DNA of 64,000 bases, taken from positions 10,731 to 74,730 of the forward strand of contig JBEDTH010000010.1 of NCBI GenBank assembly GCA_040118945.1. Reading direction: 5' to 3'. Below are positions 48,562 through 56,879 of this stretch, piece by piece. This stretch comes from Dokdonia sp. (GTDB lineage: Bacteria > Bacteroidota > Bacteroidia > Flavobacteriales > Flavobacteriaceae). The translations under genes were made by a program, and so were the position numbers. Each line of letters opens with the position of its first letter. Within the stretch, counting starts at the first letter, position 1. The notes under the pieces are model-generated. The model worked only from the letters and a program-made list of their open reading frames with translations. It was not told where the DNA came from and searched no databases.

Positions 48562-49629
48562 TTAGTAAGAAATATTAAATACGCCTTCTGTTATGACAAC
48601 CACAACACCTTCGGCGGTAATCATTTCGCCAGAGAACGTTCCTTCCAAACTACCACTTACATTGGTAGTTACTTCATCTACAAATGGATTATCTCCTGCT
48701 GTTTGAGGATTATGTCCTATACTTTCTATTACCAAAAATTCATCTTGAAGTCTATTGGGTCCTTGTTGTCCTAACACCACTCTAAAAAAGAAGGTGTCAT
48801 CGGTATCGATATCTGTGGCCAATACATTTAAGGTTGATCCAGAAACAGACACCGTACTGGTATTGAAATTTTTATACTCGCCATTGACATTCATTTGAAC
48901 CGGTCCTGGTTGCTCTGGTGGTGTACATTCGCCAAGACCAACAATTATGGAGAATAAACTTCCGTCTTCGTCTCCACAGGCGTCAATTTGCGCCTCTAAG
49001 GCTAACTTATAGGCATTACACGCCTGAACGTATGAAGCCTCATCGGTAACATCTACAGCGTCAAAATTGGCTTGGGCGTCAGCGGTTGCCGCTGTGGCAT
49101 TTTCGCAATTGTTGTCACAAGGCAAACCATCAATTACTGCTTGAATTATACCCGCAGAATCACCGCAAACTTCGATTTCATTTTCTAATGCAGTCAAATA
49201 ATTAAAACAAGCCGTCTGTTGACCTTCGGGATCTGAATTCTCAAAGATATTTTGTTGCAGATCACTTGCGGCCTGAGCTTGTATACAGGCATTAAAAGAA
49301 CAATCCCCTAGGGTATTTAAAATATTTTGATAGACATTATTAGGATCACCACAGTTGGAGATTATAAAATCTAAAGCCGTCGCATAAGCAACACAAGCGG
49401 CGTTGTAAGTTTCTTCGGTGGCCCCAGCCAGACCTGCTTGTCCTGTTGCCAAAGCATTGAGCGCTGCGGTACATTCTTCAGAATCTATGGTGCCATCATC
49501 ATCGGTAGTCGAATCTGAACCATCTGGAGTGGTAAAAAATTCACCCGTTAAAGGCTCGTTTTCACAAGATGTGAACACGGCAGCGGTAAACAAGGCAAAA
49601 AAGAAATATAAGTAGGAAATTTTTTTCAT
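48562..49629 (-). CDS. Lipoprotein with three Cys-rich internal repeats
   Basis: Lipobox FTSCENE after the internal Met (49629). It has three copies of an AC..Y..AL...I..CGD.........L..C unit. Confidence 0.6.
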   Translation of the reverse strand: MKKISYLYFFFALFTAAVFTSCENEPLTGEFFTTPDGSDSTTDDDGTIDSEECTAALNALATGQAGLAGATEETYNAACVAYATALDFIISNCGDPNNVYQNILNTLGDCSFNACIQAQAASDLQQNIFENSDPEGQQTACFNYLTALENEIEVCGDSAGIIQAVIDGLPCDNNCENATAATADAQANFDAVDVTDEASYVQACNAYKLALEAQIDACGDEDGSLFSIIVGLGECTPPEQPGPVQMNVNGEYKNFNTSTVSVSGSTLNVLATDIDTDDTFFFRVVLGQQGPNRLQDEFLVIESIGHNPQTAGDNPFVDEVTTNVSGSLEGTFSGEMITAEGVVVVITEGVFNISY

Positions 49630-49742
49630 CGCGATTGGGATTATTTCGACTTTAAACGCAAACATAAGTAAAATATTCTATTCGATAGGCGTTATTTTAA
49701 CGCCCTCTCCCTTGATAGACTGTAGGTAAAGCGCCCGATAAC

Positions 49743-50177
49743 CTATTTGTTTAGGTTTTTTTCAATCATAGTGTTTTGTTCTTCCATCAGGCGTTCAATA
49801 TTGGATAAGAGCTCGATGTTTTTTGGTGTCACGACTTCCTTGTCTTTTGGATCTTCGGCTCTAGTTTTGAACCTATTGATAAATTTGATCACCACAAAAA
49901 TCGTGAGGGCGATGATCAAAAAATCTATCAATACTTCGATCATTTCACCATAGCCTATGGCAACTTCTTCTACATTTTCTGCTGCTTCTCTAAGGATGTA
50001 TTTGCGTTCTGCCAAGTTTACATCGTCGGTAAGCAGGGAAAGCGGTGGCATCACTACCTTTTTTACCAAGGTACTCACCACATTGTTAAAGGCCGTACCA
50101 ATGATAATACCCACTGCCATATCTATCATATTTCCCTTTACGGCAAACTCCTTGAATTCTTGAAAAAATCCTTTCAT
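49743..50177 (-). CDS. mscL: Large-conductance mechanosensitive channel
   Basis: FKEFAVKGNMIDMAVGIIIGTAFNNVVSTLVKKVVMPP is the MscL TM1 signature. Confidence 0.9.
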   Translation of the reverse strand: MKGFFQEFKEFAVKGNMIDMAVGIIIGTAFNNVVSTLVKKVVMPPLSLLTDDVNLAERKYILREAAENVEEVAIGYGEMIEVLIDFLIIALTIFVVIKFINRFKTRAEDPKDKEVVTPKNIELLSNIERLMEEQNTMIEKNLNK

Positions 50178-50213
50178 ATTAATTGAGGTTTATTAGGGAT
50201 TTACACCATCCCA

Positions 50214-50876
50214 CTACGAAAGCAAGTTGTGCTCCATAGCAAATAAAATTGCACTTATTCTATTGTTGACACCTAGTTTTTTATACAATTCAGTTCTTCG
50301 GTTGTCTATGGTGCTGGGGCTTAAATTCATGCGTAACGCAATTTCTTTTGAATTTAAATCGGTGCCACAGATATACCTAAGAAATTCTAATTCCGAATCT
50401 TTAAAATACAAGTCTTCTTCTTCTTCTAAAGTGTCGCTGTACGTCATCTCTTTTAATCGCTTAAACGTTTGCTTATCGACACGCTCGCTGTACACATACC
50501 GGCCTTGGGCAGCAGTGGCAATAGCCTTTTCTAGCTTTTGTGGCGCCACATCTTTGAGAAGATATCCTTTGCAGCCATAACGTATCATTTGAGAAATGGT
50601 TTGGTCATCATCTTCCATAGTAATGGCCAACACATTTATTTGAGGCAAATGCTCACTTAACCATTGCATGGTGCCAATGCCATCAAGTCCTGGCATTCTT
50701 ACGTCCAATAAAACGACATCTGGCAAGCTGTTTTGCTTTTTTATGTATTCAATAAAATCTAAGCCATTCTGGGCCACATAGGTGACATAGGTATTTTCAA
50801 ATGATGCGATAAGAGTTTTTAATGCTTTCGCGAAAAGCGTATGATCATCTACCAATATGATGTTGCGGGGGGTCAT
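50214..50876 (-). CDS. LuxR/NarL-family response regulator
   Basis: Receiver domain (ILVDDH, LLDVRMPGLDG) plus a C-terminal LuxR HTH (LSPSTIDNRRTELYKKLGV). Confidence 0.9.
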   Translation of the reverse strand: MTPRNIILVDDHTLFAKALKTLIASFENTYVTYVAQNGLDFIEYIKKQNSLPDVVLLDVRMPGLDGIGTMQWLSEHLPQINVLAITMEDDDQTISQMIRYGCKGYLLKDVAPQKLEKAIATAAQGRYVYSERVDKQTFKRLKEMTYSDTLEEEEDLYFKDSELEFLRYICGTDLNSKEIALRMNLSPSTIDNRRTELYKKLGVNNRISAILFAMEHNLLS

Positions 50877-51663
50877 GGTTGAGAGGATATTTTAAATGGA
50901 TGGTTGTTCCTTGTTCTAATTTGCTGTCAAAGGTAAGCTGGGCATGTATTAAATGGGCACGGTTTTTCATGTTTATCATTCCAGAACCCTTGGCCTTTTG
51001 ATCTGGATTAAAACCAATGCCATCGTCTTTGATATAAATGTTGATCTCTTCGGGTTGATATGCTATTTGAATATCGAGCTCAGAAGCCTGAGCGTGTTTT
51101 ACAACATTGCTACAACACTCCTGAATGATTCTAAAAATGATGATTTTTTCGGTATTGGCTACAGGAAACACTTTACCCTTGGTCGAAAAATTAACCTTGA
51201 CGATACCAGCCTTGTGCAATCGTTTTACCTCTTCCTCTACCGCCTCAAACAATCGCCACTGCGCCATGACCTCCCCATTAATCACTTTAGAAAGCGAACG
51301 TATCTCGGTCAGACTTTGACCTACGGTTTCTCGAGCATCTTGAAATACTTCCTTATGTTGTGGGTCCAATTGATTGAGCCCCATATTAATTTGCATTTTG
51401 GCCACAGATAAAAGCTGACCCACATTATCATGCAATTCCATCCCAATATTCTTAAGGGTTTGTTCCTTAATTTCATGTGCCGATTGGGCAAGGGCTTTTT
51501 GAAATTCCTGTTCGCGTTTTAATTGTGTGAGCAACAGGGTATTCTTTCGCTTTTGAAAGGTGTAGAAAAAAATGACAAAAATACTTACAAGAAAAAGTAT
51601 GACGACTATAAAATAGACGCCTAAGAGAACTTGATGTTTAGAGATTTGTTGAACCAGTAACAT
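50845..51663 (-). CDS. NarX/DegS-type histidine kinase (HisKA_3 + HATPase) with a single TM and no sensor domain
   Basis: H-box ELHDNVGQLL; ATPase N/G boxes (NVVKHA, DDGIGF, GSGMINM); overlaps the RR gene by 32 nt. Confidence 0.85.
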   Translation of the reverse strand: MLLVQQISKHQVLLGVYFIVVILFLVSIFVIFFYTFQKRKNTLLLTQLKREQEFQKALAQSAHEIKEQTLKNIGMELHDNVGQLLSVAKMQINMGLNQLDPQHKEVFQDARETVGQSLTEIRSLSKVINGEVMAQWRLFEAVEEEVKRLHKAGIVKVNFSTKGKVFPVANTEKIIIFRIIQECCSNVVKHAQASELDIQIAYQPEEINIYIKDDGIGFNPDQKAKGSGMINMKNRAHLIHAQLTFDSKLEQGTTIHLKYPLNHDPPQHHIGR

Positions 51664-52358
51664 GTGAGCATTCCAAATATAAACATTCCGTAAAGGAATA
51701 TGTTTAGAAAGGTTAAGATATTGTCGTAATAAACGCCAAGAACAACTTCTTCAAATAGAAGCAAGTCGTACACCAGAAACAAAGGAGTAGCACATAAATA
51801 GTACACCAAACAGGCGATAGACACTATAAACGGAAATGACCTTTTGACCTTTAATATGCTATCTGTAGATAAAATTTCGTAGTAGTAATACGTTATTATT
51901 GCGGTAAGTAACAATACACCTATACCATCTGTAAATTTTGAAAAACTTTTAAAGAAGATGTCGGTTACAAGCAAATTGACCACAGTCGCTATCGCAAAAA
52001 TGCCAATGAATACCCCAAAGCGCTGTTTGGCTTTTTGATTGATGAGTTGCATTCTAAAATAGAATGCTAACATGATATAAGACACCACCGAATATATATT
52101 TAAAAGCCAGTCGGAATACAAAAATCCAGGATAATCACAAAAGAATTGAAAATCGTCTAAATCTTGCAAGTAGATAAAGGCAGAATATTGTCCTACCACT
52201 TCTGTAAAAACTACTACAAACAAAAACAACATAAACAGAAAAAAGTCTCGTCCCAGTACAGAACGATACTTTTTCCATGTTATAAAGGCAATGACAGCGG
52301 CAATAACATCTATTAAGATTGCTTGTGAAAAACCATCAAAATAATGTAGCCATTTCAT
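51621..52358 (-). CDS. Multi-pass (about 7 TM) membrane protein, possible detached sensor module of the kinase
   Basis: Hydrophobic segments throughout; overlaps the kinase ORF by 43 nt in another frame; abuts the upstream small ORF. Confidence 0.6.
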   Translation of the reverse strand: MKWLHYFDGFSQAILIDVIAAVIAFITWKKYRSVLGRDFFLFMLFLFVVVFTEVVGQYSAFIYLQDLDDFQFFCDYPGFLYSDWLLNIYSVVSYIMLAFYFRMQLINQKAKQRFGVFIGIFAIATVVNLLVTDIFFKSFSKFTDGIGVLLLTAIITYYYYEILSTDSILKVKRSFPFIVSIACLVYYLCATPLFLVYDLLLFEEVVLGVYYDNILTFLNIFLYGMFIFGMLTCYWFNKSLNIKFS

Positions 52359-52763
52359 CTATTGACCAGGATTGTATGCTCTTGGCGGTATACGACCAGT
52401 TTGTCTATTGGCTGGTTGAATACTATAATTATTATCTGCCCCTGGGTCTCCACTCATGGTAGGAGCCATCACTAGCGTTGCTTTGGGCTGGCTACCTTGG
52501 TTGTAGGCAGCAAAATAAATTCGAACTCCAGGATCGGATATTCCTTGGGCCGAAGACTCGGCAACCACATAGTCGAGATACGCCTGAAGATCTGCAACAC
52601 TCATATTAAATTCACAGGTATCATCATAGCCCTCGGCGGTTTTGATGTACTGCGCTCTGGTATTGGTCCATTGATCACATAAAGTTTTGCCCTCTTGAGG
52701 GGTAATACAACTGCTTGGTGGATTTGGCATAATAAAATATGTTATTGAGTTAATAAGTTTCAA
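52359..52763 (-). CDS. Small hypothetical protein, first gene of the two-component operon (alternative start 52730)
   Basis: ORF ends exactly where the 7-TM ORF starts. No signal peptide or known motif. The promoter-like box at 52768..52779 favours the Met at 52730. Confidence 0.5.
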   Translation of the reverse strand: MKLINSITYFIMPNPPSSCITPQEGKTLCDQWTNTRAQYIKTAEGYDDTCEFNMSVADLQAYLDYVVAESSAQGISDPGVRIYFAAYNQGSQPKATLVMAPTMSGDPGADNNYSIQPANRQTGRIPPRAYNPGQ

Positions 52764-52806
52764 AATATGAAATTATACTTGTATAACACCCCTCCTGATA
52801 AAAAAA

Positions 52807-52820
52807 GGGGTATTTACCCC
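52807..52820 (-). promoter_or_regulatory. Box A: GGGGTAAATACCCC (minus-strand reading), upstream of the two-component operon
   Basis: Palindromic apart from its 2 central bases; nested in the outer inverted repeat CTGATA...TATCAG (52795..52828). On the minus strand, AGTATAATTTCA lies 27 nt downstream (plus coordinates 52768..52779). Confidence 0.4.
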
Positions 52821-52847
52821 ATTATCAGTGATGTTGGTTTGAAATTA

Positions 52848-52861
52848 GGGGTATATACCCC
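52848..52861 (+). promoter_or_regulatory. Box B: GGGGTATATACCCC upstream of ORF 52907..53209
   Basis: Perfect 14-bp palindrome, followed after exactly 21 nt by AGTAATTTAGCA (52883..52894) and then the ATG at 52907. Confidence 0.4.
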
Positions 52862-52906
52862 TTTTATAGTGATCATATCTCAAGTAATTTAGCAAAAAAA
52901 GAGCCT

Positions 52907-53209
52907 ATGCCTTCCAGAAGAAATCCAGAGAGACTAGATAGCGCAAGACCCAAAGTCATGCCTTCGACACTTGCGTATAGTAAAAATGCTATCGAAAAGA
53001 TTTACGCCAAATGCAGACAAGAAGGTCTGGCCGCTTGGCATGATGGTTTGGAGTATGCCGAGTTTATCAATGCTTTATGGAACACCATGCTCAATAGTCC
53101 AGTATGTGGTGAAGAAGCTGCCAAAATCGAAGAAACCTTAGGCAGAGGTGATACCATACAGATACTTAGTGATATTTTTATTGAAGATCGCAATTCTGAA
53201 TCACGATAA
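52907..53209 (+). CDS. Hypothetical 100-aa protein, divergent from the two-component operon
   Basis: Balanced amino-acid composition; preceded by box B plus a promoter-like box. Its 3' end overlaps pxpC by 9 nt. Confidence 0.45.
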   Translation: MPSRRNPERLDSARPKVMPSTLAYSKNAIEKIYAKCRQEGLAAWHDGLEYAEFINALWNTMLNSPVCGEEAAKIEETLGRGDTIQILSDIFIEDRNSESR

Positions 53210-54061
53210 TAACTCCCAATACACTTTACTGCCAGCCTGCAGTTGCCCCATTAAATTCATACTTTCGGGTGTCAATTGCAAAACCCTAGGATAGCCTCCT
53301 GTGGTCTGACAATCATATAACAAGGCGATCAAACTACCATCTGGAGTACATTGTATCGTACCAGGAATGACTGGGGCTGTATGCATTTCTGGCATTTGAT
53401 GCAGCAGTTTCTGCTCAAATTGTAAAGCCATCCTGTTCCAATGATTAGACACTATGGTAGGCCGCAACAGCGCTTGTCTTTGATCTGAAGACAACCACTC
53501 ATATTCTGGACCTTTATAAACCTTAAGACAAATGGCTTCTGGCCTGTCTGCACTTATATTTGATACTATACTTCTTAATTTGGCTCCCTTTATGGCGCCA
53601 TATTGCGACCTACCTATGGGCAAAAAATCTTTCTTTTCGAGTTTTTCGACGGTCAATGGAGCATACATACTTCTGCTTCCTAGCACCTTTTCTGTCATAA
53701 TGCCACCTGCAACAGCGAGATAAACTCTGCTGTCTTTGTTTACAGCGCCAATATGTAAACGATCTCCCGCTTTCGCGAAAGCTACCGCTGAATGCCTTAC
53801 TGTTTTTCCAGCACAATCGGCAGTAACACCCCCTCCAGTTATTACAAAATGAGTATCCTTTTCAAATGCTACTACAGGCCCTTTAAGCGTGCATTCGATA
53901 ACAGCAGCATCTGGGCGGTTATTTAATAGCCCATTGGCCATAGCCATAGCGCTTCTATCCATCACACCGCTTTGAGGTATACCTAAGTGGGCATATCCAA
54001 AACGACCAGCGTCCTGTACACTAGTCCAAAATCCTGGCTGTATAACGATCAGACCATTCAC
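53201..54061 (-). CDS. pxpC: 5-oxoprolinase subunit C (KipA / allophanate hydrolase subunit 2 family)
   Basis: Family-typical GxQDxGR start (TSVQDAGRFGYAHLGIPQSG) and GGYP motif; last gene of the pxpA-B-C order. Confidence 0.85.
   Translation of the reverse strand: MNGLIVIQPGFWTSVQDAGRFGYAHLGIPQSGVMDRSAMAMANGLLNNRPDAAVIECTLKGPVVAFEKDTHFVITGGGVTADCAGKTVRHSAVAFAKAGDRLHIGAVNKDSRVYLAVAGGIMTEKVLGSRSMYAPLTVEKLEKKDFLPIGRSQYGAIKGAKLRSIVSNISADRPEAICLKVYKGPEYEWLSSDQRQALLRPTIVSNHWNRMALQFEQKLLHQMPEMHTAPVIPGTIQCTPDGSLIALLYDCQTTGGYPRVLQLTPESMNLMGQLQAGSKVYWELLS
53769..53782. repeat. Iterated palindrome GCTTTCGCGAAAGC (perfect 14-mer)
   Basis: Inside minus-strand pxpC, read as AFAKA. Confidence 0.95.
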
Positions 54062-54768
54062 GATTGGGTGGTTTTTAAGTCATAGGCAGCCGTAGCCACT
54101 TTTTGGGCAATTGTGTCGTATTCGCTAGGAGAAACTGGATAAAATTGAATTTGATCTCCTGGGCTAAAAGGTGACGGATTGTCTGCCTTGGGGTCAAATA
54201 ATCGTATAGGCGTATTCCCAATAATGTGCCACCCTCCAGGGCTTTCTTGGGGGTATATTCCGGTTTGACTTCCCCCTATGGCTACAGCACCTTTGGGTAT
54301 ATTAAAGGCTGGTTTTTTCTTTCTTGGAAAATGTAAACGAGGATCTAGACCTGTTAAATATGGGAATCCAGGTAAAAATCCTAAAAAGGCAATGGTATAT
54401 CTTGGTGCGCAATGCCAGTCTATAATAGTTCGTGGCGCTACTTGTTTTGCTTTCGCGAAAGCATTCAAATCCAAACCAAATTCGAGATCATAACAAACTG
54501 GGATATGATGTATCAACGCTTTATTGGCTAACGGTACTATCTCTTGATCTAGTAGCTGTTTGAGCTGGTCGAGTACCGCTGGCGAAGGGGCTACTTTTAC
54601 AAGAATTTGATAATAGGTATGAACGATCTCCACCTTAAAATGCGACACTAGCCGATTTTTTATGGCAAGCAAGTAGGGTAAAAATTGCGAATGCTCTCGT
54701 GCTGCCCACCTTATAAGGATGGCTTGATTACCTAAAGGAAAAATGTCATAGTTGTCGTATGGTGTCAT
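54058..54768 (-). CDS. pxpB: 5-oxoprolinase subunit B (KipI / allophanate hydrolase subunit 1 family)
   Basis: FLGFLPGFPYL and GGSQTGIYP motifs; 4-nt overlaps with both neighbours. Confidence 0.85.
   Translation of the reverse strand: MTPYDNYDIFPLGNQAILIRWAAREHSQFLPYLLAIKNRLVSHFKVEIVHTYYQILVKVAPSPAVLDQLKQLLDQEIVPLANKALIHHIPVCYDLEFGLDLNAFAKAKQVAPRTIIDWHCAPRYTIAFLGFLPGFPYLTGLDPRLHFPRKKKPAFNIPKGAVAIGGSQTGIYPQESPGGWHIIGNTPIRLFDPKADNPSPFSPGDQIQFYPVSPSEYDTIAQKVATAAYDLKTTQS
54449..54462. repeat. Iterated palindrome GCTTTCGCGAAAGC (perfect 14-mer)
   Basis: Inside minus-strand pxpB, read as AFAKA; 16-bp version TGC...GCA. Confidence 0.95.
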
Positions 54769-55499
54769 ACAATAGCGATTTTATGCGCTCGACATTGCTC
54801 ATAAACATATTGAAGAATGGCAACAGCATTAGGGTGATCTCCGTGAAAACAGAGCGTCTCCAATTGAAAAGGAAGCGTTTTACCTTCAATGGTTCTGAGC
54901 TCATTTTTGCTAAGCATGGGCCATACATGATCCCAAACTTCTTGAGGACTCATCAACACAGCCTCGGGCAAAGACCGAGCTACCAGACTATAATCACTTT
55001 GATAATTACGATCTGCAAAGCCCTCTTGTTTGATACCCAGTTTCTCTTTGGCCCGCTGCGCTACCACCGATTGATAGGGTACATACAAGCTACACTCTGG
55101 TGCAATCTCTAATATGCAATCGATGATACAATCGGCAATGCGGGCATCTACGGCCGCTTGATTGTACAGCGCTCCGTGGGGTTTGATATGAGAGAGCGTA
55201 CCTCCTTGCGTTTTGACGCTCTGTTTGACCAGCAGTATTTGTTCTTTGATGGTGACGCTAAGATCCTTTATACGCATTGGTTGTACCACTCGACCAAAGT
55301 TTATGGGGTCAGGATAGGAAGGATGGGCTCCTATCTTAACCTGATGCGCCAGAGCCAGACGCACGGTAGCGGCTATAATACTTTCAGAACCCGCATGAGC
55401 TCCACAAGCAATATTGCAGGAACTCAAAAAAGGCATGAGATGGGTATCATTTCCGATACCCTCGCCTACATCACTATTAAAATCTATTTCTTGCATCAC
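54765..55499 (-). CDS. pxpA: 5-oxoprolinase subunit A (LamB/YcsF family)
   Basis: DFNSDVGEG...SSCNIACGAHAGS and KPHGALYN motifs. Confidence 0.9.
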   Translation of the reverse strand: MMQEIDFNSDVGEGIGNDTHLMPFLSSCNIACGAHAGSESIIAATVRLALAHQVKIGAHPSYPDPINFGRVVQPMRIKDLSVTIKEQILLVKQSVKTQGGTLSHIKPHGALYNQAAVDARIADCIIDCILEIAPECSLYVPYQSVVAQRAKEKLGIKQEGFADRNYQSDYSLVARSLPEAVLMSPQEVWDHVWPMLSKNELRTIEGKTLPFQLETLCFHGDHPNAVAILQYVYEQCRAHKIAIV

Positions 55500-56719
55500 A
55501 GTATTCCCAAGACTTTAAATATAAGCCGAAGTCCTAAAATTAGTACAATACACCAAATACAGATCCCTAGAATATTTTGCACCTTAGTATTGACATAGCT
55601 GCCCAAGACCTGCTTCTTGTTGGCCAGCCAAATTAAATAGCTAGCAATTACAGGAAGTAGGACCCCGTTTGCTACTTGAGCAAATTGGATGATTTCTATA
55701 GGTTTATAGCCAGAAGAGGAGAAAATAATTCCTATACCTAGAATACTCATCCAGACCGCTCTAAATTTGATCCCTTTTAAATTGGGTTTCCAGCCCAAAC
55801 ATCCCTGCACCACGTAAGCAGCGGCTAGTGGGGCGGTAATGGCAGATGTCAATCCTGCCGCTCCTAGCCCAACCCCTACAAAATAACGCGCGTAATCTCC
55901 AAATAGGGGTTCTAAACTTAGGGCCAAATCGGAGGCATTAGATATTTGAGTCCCTTGTAATGCAGCCGCGCATATCATAATAGCCATAGATACGATACCC
56001 CCCAATATTACGGCCACTACAGTGTCTCTTTTGGCAGCGGCTAGATGTGCTTTGCCTTTCCACCGCTCGTTAACCAATGAAGCGTGTAAAAACAGATTAT
56101 AAGGTACCACAGTTGTACCTACAATAGCAACCACCATTAACAGGCCGTTTTCTGGAATTTGCGGCCACAAACTCCCCTTAAAGATGGCCCATATATCTGG
56201 ACGGGTCAAAGCTGCGGTAATCAAAAAAGCAATACTCATTACCAGTACCATAGCCACCAATACGCGTTCTAAAAATTTATAATTCCCTACATATAACAAC
56301 ACCGCAGCAAGCCCACCCAAAATCAAACTCCAACCATTGATGTTATAATTGCCCCATCCAATAGTTGCATCAAACCCCAAAGATTCAAGGCCTAAAACCC
56401 CACCGCTGATATTGCCAGCTTCATAGGCTGCATTGCCAATAACAATAGCACTAAGCATCAACAGTATCGCAAAAATTCTGGCAGACTTTCGAGGTATTTG
56501 ACCTCTAATAACGGTTGCCAAATCTTGCCCAGAAATAAGCCCTATACGAGCAGCCATTTCTTGCAAAACAATTGTTGCCACTACCGACAATACCATGGCC
56601 CAAAGTAAGGTGTAGCCATGAGTGACCCCAGCTAGGGTACAAACCGTCACAGTACCAGGACCTATAAAAGCAGCAGCGATCAATACGCCAGGACCAGAAA
56701 TTTTAAAACGATTTTTCAT
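55496..56719 (-). CDS. NRAMP-family divalent metal transporter (YcsG-like)
   Basis: About 11 TM segments, GPGVLIAAAFIGPGTV N-terminal NRAMP motif; first gene of the pxp operon. Confidence 0.8.
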   Translation of the reverse strand: MKNRFKISGPGVLIAAAFIGPGTVTVCTLAGVTHGYTLLWAMVLSVVATIVLQEMAARIGLISGQDLATVIRGQIPRKSARIFAILLMLSAIVIGNAAYEAGNISGGVLGLESLGFDATIGWGNYNINGWSLILGGLAAVLLYVGNYKFLERVLVAMVLVMSIAFLITAALTRPDIWAIFKGSLWPQIPENGLLMVVAIVGTTVVPYNLFLHASLVNERWKGKAHLAAAKRDTVVAVILGGIVSMAIMICAAALQGTQISNASDLALSLEPLFGDYARYFVGVGLGAAGLTSAITAPLAAAYVVQGCLGWKPNLKGIKFRAVWMSILGIGIIFSSSGYKPIEIIQFAQVANGVLLPVIASYLIWLANKKQVLGSYVNTKVQNILGICIWCIVLILGLRLIFKVLGIL

Positions 56720-56879
56720 AGATGCATCGTCAATTTGGGCCTGTTAAAGTATAGTAGAGTCATTGGTAATTTTATAATAGTCTATCACATGGGTCAGCCT
56801 AAGGCTTACGCATTACACTTCCAATATTACAGATTTAATATGACTTAGATCTCACCACATACAAATCTTCAAAAGGCGG

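Noticed and set aside
52807-52861. GGGGTA-NN-TACCCC boxes as simple intrinsic terminators
   Set aside because: Two of them lie in a divergent promoter region where nothing needs terminating. A 2-nt loop is sterically poor. The fixed 21-nt spacing to a promoter-like box is better explained by protein binding. Weak bidirectional termination at 59678 cannot be excluded.
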